From the NCBI GenBank assembly GCA_951406725.2, contig OX597823.1, positions 115,196,001 to 115,260,000 on the forward strand: a stretch of DNA of 64,000 nucleotides. Reading direction: 5' to 3'. The translations under genes and the position numbers were made by a program. Under the pieces are notes generated by a model. It was not told where the DNA came from, did no database searches, and worked only from the letters and a program-made list of their open reading frames with translations. The stretch's first letter is position 1. The number at the start of each line of letters is the position of its first letter. Shown piece by piece: positions 1 through 13,135 of this stretch. Source of the DNA: Octopus vulgaris. Lineage: Eukaryota.

Positions 1-644
1 AAATGTATGTGATGGGGTTGAGGTTTTACTAATTTGCGTTTTATCGACGTGCATGGGACCAAGCATCGCTCCAATTTTAGCACGTGTTGCTCAATACACA
101 CACATACAGACACACACACATACAGACACACACATACACACTATATACACATCAGAGAGGCCTTTATTTTTCAACTTTCTAAAAGTTTAGCTCCCACCCC
201 ACGATCTTGTTCCAATTAACAAAAAACCAATCTATGCCAAATTTTAGCTCAATCAAACAACTGCAAGGCGCCCCTCATCAACCATGATATTTTCGTCCGG
301 AAAGTCATTTTTTCAGATAAAAATTTTTTCATCTCTTATATAATCTCTTAAATTAAAAACCTGTTCAGACTTATTCTTGGTAATAGAAGGATAAGTGACA
401 ATAAACAATGGAGAAGGCAACTTGCAAAGCTGGGGACAGAGCGCATTTATAGGGCAACACCTATTTTTCGCTGTCATCGAGTCGGTGGCCAGCCGTAAGT
501 GAGTGAGGTTGTGAGTTGCGTTCGTCCGTTGATGGGATTCTACTGCACCTAATGGTAGTGTTGAGAATTAATATATTTAGAAATATACATCAGTGATAAA
601 CAGTGAACTAATATGACTTGTTTGCGTTTGTAAATATAAGTTAA

Positions 645-1132
645 CTAGCAGTATAGTCCGGCGTTGGTCAGGTTTTGCTTTTTTAGTTGCGCTTAAAACG
701 GCAGACTTTGATATCGCGATAACAAAGTTTTGTTCGCTAAAAACCAATGACATCACAAAAACATTCTTTTCGATCCTTTAGAATTGGAATTTTTGAAAAG
801 TAAAAATTTTGCATTATGTAGCTTGTTATTCTCTTTCAGTGAACATTTTTCTGGTTGAAATACACCGAAAAATGGCGATACAGCAGTCAAAAAATCGTAA
901 AAAGTAGAGATTTTCATAGAAAAAAGTACCTTTTTGATGTAAATTATTTTTGGTGTTAACAATGTCCGATTTAAATTTTTTCTTCTACGGAAGGAAGAGC
1001 AAGCCTTCTTCTATCATACTCTCAATTTGGGTCAACTTGCGCCGCAGGGTCTCGGAGGAGATAGTGTTAGTTGAAGGCTACCAAACCTGCCACACACACA
1101 CACACAGAAAACTTCAGCTTTATATATATAGA
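645..1132 (-). mobile_element. Non-autonomous Helitron, copy 1 (long variant)
   Basis: Minus strand starts TC (A|TCTATATATATAAAGCTGAAG) and ends in a GC-rich hairpin plus CTAG|T. Homologous to 22007-22363, 55118-55506 and 62337-62718. Has ~95 bp extra at ~675-770. Confidence 0.75.
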
Positions 1133-1570
1133 TTTATTTATTTGTAATAACTTGTAAGCACTCATTCGTTTTGTTGTGGCTCATTATAATATAGATCTTC
1201 CCCTGTTGTGTTGGTAGCCCTGACAAAGTTGTAAACCCACGTTTATAACCTCTCCATTTTTATAATGTTATGTGCTTTGCATACTTATTATCAATGCCTT
1301 TAAACAAAATTTAAAGAAGCGAGGCACACAGAAACACAGTGCAAATTTAAATTCAACGGTTATCAAGAATTAGTGTTGCCCTCGGATGGAAAGCTGCTCC
1401 CAGTACTCACAGGCATTGAAAAGATTGACAGACTGGCAATAGTAGTAACTTTTCAAGGCAAGTAGCAATTGTGGAGAGTCCCTGAAATTCCAACATCTTC
1501 AGAAGAACAGCAAGCTATGGCTTTTCTAGTGTCAGCGGATGGTCGAACGCAGCCACCCTTTATGCTTTTT

Positions 1571-4500
1571 ATAAGGCACCGCTGACTATCTATATAAGGC
1601 ACCGTTGACTATCTATATAAGGCACCGCTGACTATCTATATAAGACACCGCTGACTATCTATATAAGGCAGCACTGACTATCTATATAAGGCACCACTGA
1701 CTATCCATATAAGGCACCGCTGACTATCTATATAAGGCACCACTGACTATCTATATAAGGCACCACTGACTATCCATATAAGGCACCGCTGACTATCTAT
1801 ATAAGGTACCGTTGACTATCTATATAAGGCACCACTGACTATCCATATAAGGCACCGCTGACTATCTATATAAGGCACCACTGACTATCTATATAAGGCA
1901 CCACTGACTATCTATATAAGGTACCGTTGACTATCTATATAAGGCACCGTTGACTATCTATATAGGGCACGGTTGACTATCTATATAAGGCACCGTTGAC
2001 TATCTATATAAGGCACCGCTGACTATCTATATAAGGCACCGCTGACTATCTATATAAGGTACCGTTGACTATCTATATAACGCACCGTTGACTATCTGTA
2101 TAAGGCACGGTTGACTATCTATATAAGGCACCACTGACTATCTGTATAAGGCACCGCTGACTATCTATATAAGGCACCGTTGACTATCTATATAAGGCAC
2201 GGTTGACTATCTATATAAGGCACCGTTGACTATCTATATAAGGCACCACTGACTATCTATATAAGGCACCGCTGACTATCTATATAAGGCACCGCTGACT
2301 ATCTATATAAGGCACCGCTGACTATCTATATAAGGCACCGCTGACTATCTATATAAGGCACCACTGACTATCTGTATAAGGCACCGCTGACTATCTATAT
2401 AAGGCACCACTGACTATCTGTATAAGGCACCGCTGACTATCTATATAAGGCACCACTTACTATCTATATAAGGCACCGCTGACTATCTATATAAGGCACC
2501 GTTGACTATCCATATAAGGCACCGTTGACTATCTATATAAGGCACCACTGACTATCTATATAAAGCACCACTGACTATCTGTATAAGGCACCGCTGACTA
2601 TCTATATAAGGCACCAATTACTATCTATATAAGGTACCGTTGACTATCTATATAAGGCACGGTTGACTATCTATATAAGGCACTGCTGACTATCTATATA
2701 AGGTACCGTTGACTATCTAAATAAGGCACCGCTGACTATCTATATAAGGCACCACTGACTATCTATATAAGGCACCGTTGACTATCTATATAAGGCACCG
2801 CTGACTATCTATATAAGGCACCACTGACTATCTGTATAAGGCACCGCTGACTATCTATATAAGGCACCACTTACTATCTATATAAGTTACCGTTGACTAT
2901 CTATATAAGACACCACTGACTATCTATATAAGACACCACTGACTATCTATATAAGGCACCGCTGACTATCTATATTAGGCACCGTTGACTATCTGTATAA
3001 GGCACCGCTGACTATCTATATAAGGCATTGTTGACTATCTATATAAGGCACCGCTGACTATCTATATAAGGCATTGTTGACTATCTATATAAGGCACCAC
3101 TGACTATCTATATAAGGCATTGTTGACTATCTATATAAGGCACCGCTCACTATCTATATAAGGCATTGTTGACTATCTATATAAGGCACCGCTGACTATC
3201 TATATAAGGCATTGTTGACTAACTATATAAGGCACCGCTGACTATCTATATAACGTACCGTTGACTATCTATATAAGGCACCGCTGACTATCTATATAAG
3301 GTACCGTTTACTATCTATATAAGACACCACTGACTATCTATATAAGGTACCGTTGACTATCTATATAAGGCACCGCTGACTATCTATATAAGGTACCGTT
3401 GACTATCTATATAAGGCACCGCTGACTATCTATATGATGCCCCACTGACTATCTATATAAGGCACCGTTGACTATCTATATTAGGCACCACTGACTATCT
3501 ATATGATGCACCACTGACTATCTATATAAGGCACCGCTGACTATCTATATAAGGCACCACTGACTATCTATATAAGGCACCGTTGACTATCTATATGATG
3601 CACCACTGACTATCTATATAAGGCACCGCTGACTATCTATATGATGCACCACTGACTATCTATATAAGGCACCGCTGACTATCTATATGATGCACCACTG
3701 ACTATCTATATAAGGCACCGTTGACTATCTATATTAGGCACCGCTGACTATCTATATGAGGCACCGTTGACTATCTATATAAGGCACCATTGACTATCTA
3801 TATTAGGCACCGCTGACTATCTATATAAGGCACCGTTGACTATCTATATAAGGCACCGTTGACTATCTATATTAGGCACCGCTGACTATCTATATGAGGC
3901 ACCGTTGACTATCTATATAAGACATCACTGATTGTCCATATAAGACACCGCTGACTATCTATATAAGGCACCGTTGACTATCTGTATAAGGCACCGTTGA
4001 CTATCTATATAAGGCACCGCTGACTATCTATATAAGACACCACTGACTATCTATATGATGCACCACTGACTATCTATATAAGACACCGCTGACTATCTAT
4101 ATAAGGCACCACTGACTATCTATATAAGGCACCGCTGACTATCTATATAAGGCACCGCTGACTATTTATATAAGGCACCGCTGACTATCTATATAAGGCA
4201 CCGCTGACTATCCATATAAGGCACCGCTGACTATCTATATAAGGCACCGTTGACTATCCATATAAGGCACCGCTGACTATCTATATAAGGCACCGTTGAC
4301 TATCTATATGATGCACCACTGACTATATATATAAGGCACCGCTGACTATCTATATAAGGCACCGTTGACTATCTATATAAGACACCACTGATTGTCCATA
4401 TAAGACACCGCTGACTATCTAAATAAGGCACCACTGACTATTTATATAAGGCACCGCTGACTATCTATATAAGGCACCGTTGACTATCCATATAAGGCAC

Positions 4501-7298
4501 CACTGACTATCTATATAAGGCACCGTTGACTATCCATATAAGGCACCGCTGACTATCTATATAAGGCACCGCTGACTATCCATATAAGGCACCGCTGACT
4601 ATCTATATAAGGCACCGTTGACTATCTATATAAGGCACCGCTGACTATCTATATAAGGCACCGTTGACTATCCATATAAGGCACCGCTGACTATCTATAT
4701 AAGGCACCGTTGACTATCTATATAAGGCACCGCTGACTATCTATATAAGGCACCGCTGACTATCCATATAAGGCACCGCTGACTATCTATATAAGGCACC
4801 GTTGACTATCTATATAAGGCACCTCTGACTATCTATATAAGGCACCGTTGACTATCTATATAAGACACAACTGATTGTCCATATAAGACACCGCTGACTA
4901 TCTATATAAGGCACCGCTGACTATCTAGATAGGACACCACTGATTGTCCATATAAGACACCGCTGACTATCTATATAAGGCACTGACTATCTATATAAGG
5001 CACCGTTGACTATCTATATAAGGCACCGCTGACTATCTATATAAGGCACCGCTGACTATCTATATAAGGCACTGTTGACTATCTATATAAGGCACCGCTG
5101 ACTATCTATATAAGGCACCGTTGACTATCCATATAAGGCACCGCTGACTATCTATATAAGGCACCGTTGACTATCTATATAAGACACCACTGACTATCTA
5201 TATAAGGCATCGTTGACTATCTATATAAGGCACCGTTGACTATCTATATAAGACACCACTGACTATCTATATAAGGCACCGCTGACTATCTATATATGGC
5301 ACCGTTGACTATCTATATAAGGCACCGCTGACTATCTATATAAGGCACCGTTGACTATCCATATAAGGCACCGCTGACTATCTATATAAGGCACCGTTGA
5401 CTATCTATATAAGGCACCGCTGACTATATAAGGCACCGTTGACTATCCATATAAGGCACCGCTGACTATCTATATAAGGCACCGTTGACTATCTATATAA
5501 GACACCACTGACTATCTATATAAGGCATCGTTGACTACCTATATAAGGCACCACTGACTATCTATATAAGGCACCGCTGACTATCTATATAAGGCACCGT
5601 TGACTATCTATATAAGGCACCGCTGACTATCTATATAAGGCACCGTTGACTATCTATATAAGGCACCGTTGACTATCTATATAAGGCACCGCTGACTATC
5701 TATATAAGGCACCGTTGACTATCTATATAAGGCACCGCTGACTATCTATATAAGGCACCGTTGACTATCTATATAAGACACCACTGATTGTCCATATAAG
5801 ACACCATTGACTATCTATATAAGGCACCGCTGACTATCTATATAAGGCACCGCTGACTATCTATATAAGGCACCGCTGACTATCTATATAAGGCATCGTT
5901 GACTACCTATATAAGGCACCGCTGACTATCTATATAAGACACCACTGATTGTCCATATAAGACACTGCTGACTATCTATATAAGGCACCGCTGACTATCT
6001 ATATAAGGCACCGCTGACTATCTATATAAGGCACCGTTGACTATCTATATAAGGCACCGCTGACTATCTATATAAGGCACCGTTGACTATCCATATAAGG
6101 CACCGCTGACTATCTATATAAGGCACCGTTGACTATCTATATAAGGCACCGCTGACTATCTATATAAGGCACCGTTGACTATCCATATAAGGCACCGCTG
6201 ACTATCTATATAAGGCACCGTTGACTATCTATATAAGACACCACTGATTGTCCATATAAGACACCGCTAACTATCTATATAAGGCACCGCTGACTATCTA
6301 TATAAGGCACCGTTGACTATCTATATAAGGCACCGCTGACTATCTATATAAGGCACCGCTGACTATCTATATAAGGCACCGTTGACTATCTATATAAGAC
6401 ACCACTGACTATCTATATAAGGCATCGTTGACTACCTATATAAGGCACTGCTGACTATCTATATAAGGCACCGTTGACTATCTATATAAGGCATCGTTGA
6501 CTATCTATATAAGACACCACTAACTATCTATATAAGGCACCGCTGACTATCTATATAAGGCACCGTTGACTATATAAGGCATCGTTGACTATCTATATAA
6601 TACACCACTAACTATCTATATAAGGCACCGCTGACTATCTATATAAAGCATCGTTGACTATCTATATAAGGCACCGTTGACTACCTATATAAGACACCAC
6701 TTACTATCCATATAAGACACCACTGACTATCCATATAAGACACCGCTGACTATCTATATAAGGCACCGTTGACTATCTATATAAGGCACCACTGACTATC
6801 TAAATAAGGCACCGCTGACTATCTGTATGATGCACCACTGACTATCTATATAAGGCACCGCTGACTATCTAAATAAGGCACCGTTGACTATCTATATAAG
6901 GCACCACTGACTATCTATATAAGGCACCACTGACTATTTATATAAGGCACCGCTGACTATCTATATGATGCACCAATGACTATCTATATAAGGCACCGCT
7001 GACTATCTAAATAAGGCACCGCTGACTATCTATATAAGGCACCGCTGACTATCTATATGATGCACCACTGACTATCTATATAAGGCACCACTGACTATCT
7101 AAATAAGGTACCGTTGACTATCTAAATAAGGCGCCGCTGACTATCTATATGATGCACCACTGACTATCTATATAAGGCACCACTGACTATCTAAATAAGG
7201 CACCACTGACTATTTATATAAGGCACCGCTGACTATCTATATAAGGCACCGTTGACTATCTATATAAGGCATTGTTGACTATCTATATAAGGCACCGC
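1571..7298. repeat. Tandem satellite, 23-bp unit ATAAGGCACCGYTGACTATCTAT, ~249 copies
   Basis: 23-bp periodicity is directly visible (units start at 1571, 1594, ...), with few variable positions. Confidence 0.98.
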
Positions 7299-7817
7299 TC
7301 TCTATCCTTGACAGGTCCTTGTTATGGAGAACAAGGAGTGGAGAAGTGGGATATAACCGAGAAAATTTTAGCCCTTTGCTGTGATACAACAGCAAGCAAC
7401 ACAGGTCAAGTGGCAGCACAAATCTAGAAAAACTGTTCAATCCCGACCTGTTGTATTCCCCTTGCCGTCATCACATTTTTTAGTTAGTTTTTAGGAGCTG
7501 TTTTGACTCACTGATGGCTGCAAACTTCTGGTCCAGACATGGTATTTTTCAAAAGATTTAGAGAAACCTGGACGAAAATCAAAAAGAGGCTTTACGTAAC
7601 TTGTCGCAATGAAGTGCCTGACGGTGTCCACTCTTGGATTTCTTGAATATCACCTTTCTCCGCAGAAACAGCAGCGAAACGATTACCGAGAATTGTTGGA
7701 GTTAACGATGATCTTTCTTGGTAGCATTCCGAAGAACAGGATATTGTTTCGTACACCAGGAGCTGTAAGTCATGCTAGGTGGATATCAAAAGTAATTTAC
7801 ACATTCAAGATATACCT

Positions 7818-7875
7818 GGCGGTGCCCCAGCATGGCCACAGCTCATAAGCTGAAACTAGAATCAATCAATCAATC
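7818..7875 (+). mobile_element. 58-bp 5'-truncated retroposon 3' tail with (ATCA)n end
   Basis: GGCGGTGCCCCAGCATGGCCACAGCTCATAAGCTGAAAC..(ATCA)n flanked by TSD ATACCT (7812-7817, 7876-7881). Removing it restores the transposase frame KIYLFQGQFQLSPRE. Confidence 0.85.
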
Positions 7876-9177
7876 ATACCTCTTTCAAGGTCAATTTCAG
7901 TTATCTCCTAGGGAGTAGAACTCTTTTAGAAGAATATGTATTTTTCTTGCTCGGTTGCATGTTCGAGCCTGGTTTCCGTCATCAGAAGTTATTAAAGCAC
8001 CTAATTATGATTTCCTAGTCATGCGTCAACTGATAAATTATCAGGATATTGATCCAGAAATCAGTATGGCTGCTGCGAAAAAATTTTCTATTCATCTCTG
8101 GTATTTAGCTCCCGAAACTGTGGGTCTATCCATACTTGATGACAATGTTCCAACAAAGGTGAAGGCAACTATTGCTCAAATTATGCCGGAAGCAGACAAA
8201 GGTGAAGAAGAGGAAGAAGAAAAAATCAGCTGAAGCGATTGAAATGTCTTTTCTTTTCTTACAAACATCGAGTTTTCATCTTTTGTTACTCCTGGTACAA
8301 AAACTTTCTTCGCGAGATTTTTTATCAGCTCGCTGATTCTGGGTCGCTCGCTCTTTCTGGGTCTGACCGTGGTCCGTGCAACATCGATATTCTTCCCTTT
8401 GTTTGTGAAATTTCTGTATCTCTGCTGTATGGCTTCATTTCCATACGCGCCAGCTTAATTCAATTCGTCCTTAGTCGAAAGACACATGTTGTTATGTCTT
8501 GTTATTATTTTTATTGTATTAATATTTGTGTAACATTGATTTTTCCGTCCTTGTTTTTGTATACATTCCATGTTTTCTTCCAAGGAATCTAATGCTCTTA
8601 GATTAGTTTTTCCTTGGGGCTGGCCAGATTGGAGCAATCTCAAGAATAATCAACCGAAATTGTGAGGATAATCTGATTCTTGACTGAGAAAAGAAAACTT
8701 CGAATGACCCATCCTTGTTTTCTTTGTATCATCTATCTGGACGTTTTGTTGTCCCATTTTTGTATCACCTGGTTGTCCGGATGTTTTGCTTTCTTGTCCC
8801 ATTTTGTATGATATATATACATATATACAAAATAAGCAACAAGAATAACTTCGGTAATTTGGTACGATCGTTTCATGCTATATATACATATATATATATT
8901 CTACAGAAAGGTATTCGCGAATGCAGGAAGGCTGCGAAGACAGTTTCGAAAATCAGTTTCTCGCATGTGTGTGTGTGTGTGTGTGTGTAGCTAAGTAATG
9001 AAATCCAGAGATTCTCCGTATAGACGACACTAAATAGTGCTCAAAAGATTCAAACTTTGACTCTGATGTGTTTACAAGTGATAGATTCCACAAGGTAAAG
9101 ATAGGCTATAAACGGAATCAAGTTGAGCGGGCATAGAGGCAATTATGCGAGTAAACAAATTAGACACATTAAATATA

Positions 9178-9720
9178 TTCTTTTCTACTCTTGGCACAAG
9201 GCCCGAAATTAGGGGGAAGGGAGACAGTGAATTAGATCAACACCAGAACGCAACTGGTACTTAATTTATCGACCCCGAAAGGATGAAAATCAAAAATCGA
9301 CCTCGGTGGAATTTGAACTCAGAACATAAAGACAGACGAAATATTTATTTCTTTACTACCCACAAGGGGCTAAACACTGAGAGGACAAACGGATTAAGTC
9401 AATTATATCGACCCCAGTGCATAACGGGTACTTATATAATCGACCCCGAAAGGATGAACGACAAAGTCGACCTCGGCGGAATTTGAACTCAGAATTTAGC
9501 GGCGAACGAAATACCTATTTCTTTACTACCCACAAGGGGCTAAACAAGGACAGACAAACGGATTTAGTCGATTATATCGACCCCAGTGCATAACTTGTAG
9601 TTATTTAATCGACCCTGAAAGGATGAAAGGCAAAGTCGATCTCGGCAGAATTTTAACTCAGAACGTAACGGCAGACGAAATACGCTCGGCGTGCTAACGT
9701 TTCTGCCAGCTCGCCGCCTT
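9178..9720 (-). mobile_element. SINE family B (head GGCGGCGAGCTGGCAGAAAC), three tandem body units
   Basis: Reverse complement of the family B consensus. Approximate TSD TAGACACATTA(AATATAT). Confidence 0.85.
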
Positions 9721-9764
9721 AGACACATTATTAAATATATTAAATATATCTAAGGAGAGGAAGC

Positions 9765-10133
9765 GACGACGACGACGAGGGTTCCGGTTGATCCGAATCA
9801 ACGGAACAGCCTGCTCGTGAAATTAACGTGTAAGTGGCTGAGCACTCCACAGACACGTGTACCCTTAACGTAGTTCTCAGGGATATTCAGCGTGACACAG
9901 TATGACAAGGCCAGCCCTTTGAAATACAGGTACAACAGAAACAGGAAGTAAGAGTGAGGGAAAGTTGTGGTGAAAGAGTACAGCAGGGATCACCACCATC
10001 CCCTGCCGGAGCCTCGTGGAGCTTTAGGTGTTTTCGCTCAATAAACACTCACAACGCCCGGTCTGGGAATCGAAACCGCGATCCTATGACCGCGAGTCCG
10101 CTGCCCTAACCACTGGGCCATTGCACCTCCACC
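9765..10133 (-). mobile_element. SINE family C (tRNA-derived head), tail type 1
   Basis: Minus strand has A box TGGCCCAGTGG and B box GGTTTCGATTCC, and ends ...GGAACCCTCGTCGTCGTC. TAAATATATC occurs on both flanks. Confidence 0.85.
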
Positions 10134-10421
10134 TAAATATATCAACCAACATTATTATGGATCTCCGAACCCCCAGAAACAGCTGTTGATCATATAACAC
10201 CCTTTTTCCACCCCTTTACTTTTCTCTGCCGTATGTACTCTATGTAAGTTGGACCTATTAATATAAATATTTATACTTATAAATTCACCAACTGAAAGCT
10301 ACCGCCATTTGCTTTCTCCCGTTTTGCATGTTTACGTATACACATATTTTACATTGTATTTCATAGCTAAACCATAAGGTGTCTAATTTGTTTATCTGCA
10401 TAATTGTCTCCATATATATAT

Positions 10422-10809
10422 ACTCTTTTACTTGTTTCAGTCATTTGACTGTGGCCATGCTGGAGCACCGCCTTTAATCGAGCAAATCGACCCCAGGACT
10501 TATTCTTTGTAAGTCCTAGTACTTATTCTATCGGTCTCTTTTGCCGAACCGCTAAGTTACGGGGACGTAAACACACCAGCATCGGTTGTCAAGCGATGTT
10601 GGGAGGACAAACACAGACACACACACATATACACACACGTACATACGACGGGCTTCTTTCAGTTTCCGTCTACCAAATCCACTCACAAGGCCTTGGTCGG
10701 CCCGAGGCTATAGTAGAATATACTTGCCCAAGGTGCCACGCAGTGGGACTGAACCCGGAACCATGTGGTTAGTAAGCAAGCTACTTACCACACAGTCACT
10801 CCTACGCCT
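10422..10809 (-). mobile_element. SINE family A (tRNA head, CORE-like GCACCTTGGGCAAGT segment, internal (TG)n), full length
   Basis: A/B-box-like CTGTGTGGTAAG and GGTTCAGTCCC. 3' tail GGCGGTGCTCCAGCATGGCC..GACTGAAACAAGTAAAAGAG. Many homologous copies in the window. Confidence 0.88.
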
Positions 10810-10941
10810 GTGTATATATATACACGGCCCTCTTTGTCCTTTTAAATATTATAAACTCAACCAGAGAAACCAGTCCTCAGCGCTGCTAATGTTCGCCAAT
10901 GCCTTTATAAAATATGAAAATATTTACCCTCTTTTATTGAC

Positions 10942-11005
<64 letters not shown>

Positions 11006-11155
11006 CTTCTTTATTTCTTTCTTTTTCTTCATCCACCGTCGTTCACCATTGCCAATCAAGAAAGATTATAGTCCTTTTTCTTTCCCCGCTCCGTCTCTCT
11101 CTTTCCCTTCTTTGTCTCTTTCTCTCTGTCTCTCTCTCACCTCTCTCTTCCTTTC

Positions 11156-11215
<60 letters not shown>

Positions 11216-11354
11216 TCTCCAGGCTTTCCAGTTTTCTTTGTTTTACGACACCAAGCTAATCTCTCGCACTTGACATCTGTTTCAAGCTCGGGTGAACGCA
11301 GCCTTCTCTCACCGGGAACACGGCTTATTTCACAGAGGAGCAGACTACAAGAAC

Positions 11355-11462
<108 letters not shown>

Positions 11463-11730
11463 TGACAGACTGACTATGTACATCACACATGCAGTAATGC
11501 TTACACGATGTCTACAATTTTGAAAATGGTGTCAATGCAACAAACCTACCTTTAATGTATTATTGATCTCCGTAAGTGAGAAACAAAATTTAGTGAATGC
11601 CAGATTCGAACACTGGACTTAAACACACACAATCTGATTGAATCAATTACTTCAGTTCAATATCTGTGTATCGTAAATGACTGAACGCATGATGCATGCA
11701 GTTCTGTTTTCTCTTCTTCCTTTGTTTTCG

Positions 11731-11788
<58 letters not shown>

Positions 11789-11852
11789 TACATACATACA
11801 TACATACATGCATACATGCATACAAACGTTCATACATACATATATGCATACA

Positions 11853-12228
11853 GTGTCTGTGTGGTAAGTAGTTGCTTACCAACTACATGGGTCCGGGTTC
11901 AGTCCCACTGCGTGACATCTTGGGCAAAGTGTCTTTTGCTATAGCCACGGACTGACCAAAGCCTTGTGAGTGGATTTGGTAGAAGGAAACTGAAAGAAGC
12001 CCGTTGATATATGTGTGTGTGTTTGTGTGTCTGTGTTTGTCCCCACAAGCATCGCTTTTACAACCGATACTGGTGTGTTTACGTCCCTGTATCCTAGCGG
12101 ATCGGCCAAAAGACACCGATTGAATAAGTCCTAGGCTTACTAAGTCCTGCAGTCGATTTTGTTCGACAAAAGGCGGTACTCCAGCATGGCCGCAGTCAAA
12201 TGACTGAAACAAGTAAAAGTATAAAAGA
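11853..12228 (+). mobile_element. SINE family A
   Basis: Aligns by eye to the family A copy at 10422-10809. Confidence 0.85.
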
Positions 12229-12244
12229 ATTATATATATACACA

Positions 12245-12395
12245 TGACAGGATTCTTTCAGTTTCTGTCGGCCAAATGTATTCACAAGCCTTTGGTTAAC
12301 CCCTGGCTATAGTAGAAGACACCCGAGGTACCATGCAGTGAGACTGGACCCGGAACTATGTGGGTGGAAAACCAATTTACTACACAGCGGGGCCT
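12245..12395 (-). mobile_element. SINE family A, 5' half, diverged
   Basis: TTCTTTCAGTTT..GCTATAGTAGAAGACAC..GAGACTGGACCCGGAACTATGTG matches the family A head and core. Confidence 0.7.
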
Positions 12396-12440
12396 TCATG
12401 TTTGTATACACACACCCATACGCACAATATTTAAATACAC

Positions 12441-12485
<45 letters not shown>

Positions 12486-12495
12486 TTATACTGAT

Positions 12496-12567
<72 letters not shown>

Positions 12568-12774
12568 GATGGATGGATGGACAAACAGATAGATAGATAG
12601 ATAGATAGATAGATAGCTGTGCACACATACATATGTTTATAAAGCGAGATCTGTTTCAGTCATTGAACACATACGCCAGTATTTATTTTTCTAAGTCTTT
12701 TAGTCGCGCCGCTAGGTTACGGGACATACACGAAGACAATGTTTTTTCAAACATTTTCAACTTAAAGACAGCCC

Positions 12775-12877
<103 letters not shown>

Positions 12878-13056
12878 GTAAAATAATCTGGCCATCTCAC
12901 CGAAAGGATGGTGTTGTGGATTTCCACCTCGGCATCCGAAACTCGGAGTTTTATCTTGGCTACCGAATAATTGTCACATATTATTTTACAGATGAATTTC
13001 CTCTATTTACATAATATTGAGGTCTCTTTCTTTCTTTTGTTATCTTACCGTTTTTA

Positions 13057-13101
<45 letters not shown>

Positions 13102-13135
13102 GCACGCACACGCACACACATACAAACACCTGCCA

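Larger units (their letters stand above)
1360..8233 (+). pseudogene. Decayed hAT-superfamily (hATm-like) transposase, split by the satellite array and a short retroposon tail
   Basis: Left of the array translates to DGKLLPVLTGIEKIDRLAIVV..QL..VPEIPTSSEEQQAMA. Right of it: VEKWDITEKILALCCDTTASNTG..PCRHHIF, RNDYRELLELTMIFLG..PGAVSHARWISKVIY and HLWYLAPETVGLSILDDNV. These are collinear motifs of one transposase, with stops and frameshifts. Confidence 0.8.

Noticed and set aside
150-600. 5' terminus of the hAT-type transposon
   Set aside because: The position is plausible, but no matching right TIR or TSD could be found.
1571-7298. CRISPR-like array
   Set aside because: Units are contiguous 23-mers with point variants only. 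There are no unique spacers and no cas genes, and the context is eukaryotic.
7609-8233. Intact protein-coding genes
   Set aside because: These are fragments of one decayed transposase with stops, frameshifts and insertions.
10050-10133. tRNA genes at SINE heads
   Set aside because: The A/B boxes continue into SINE bodies repeated many times, and no independent cloverleaf is supported.
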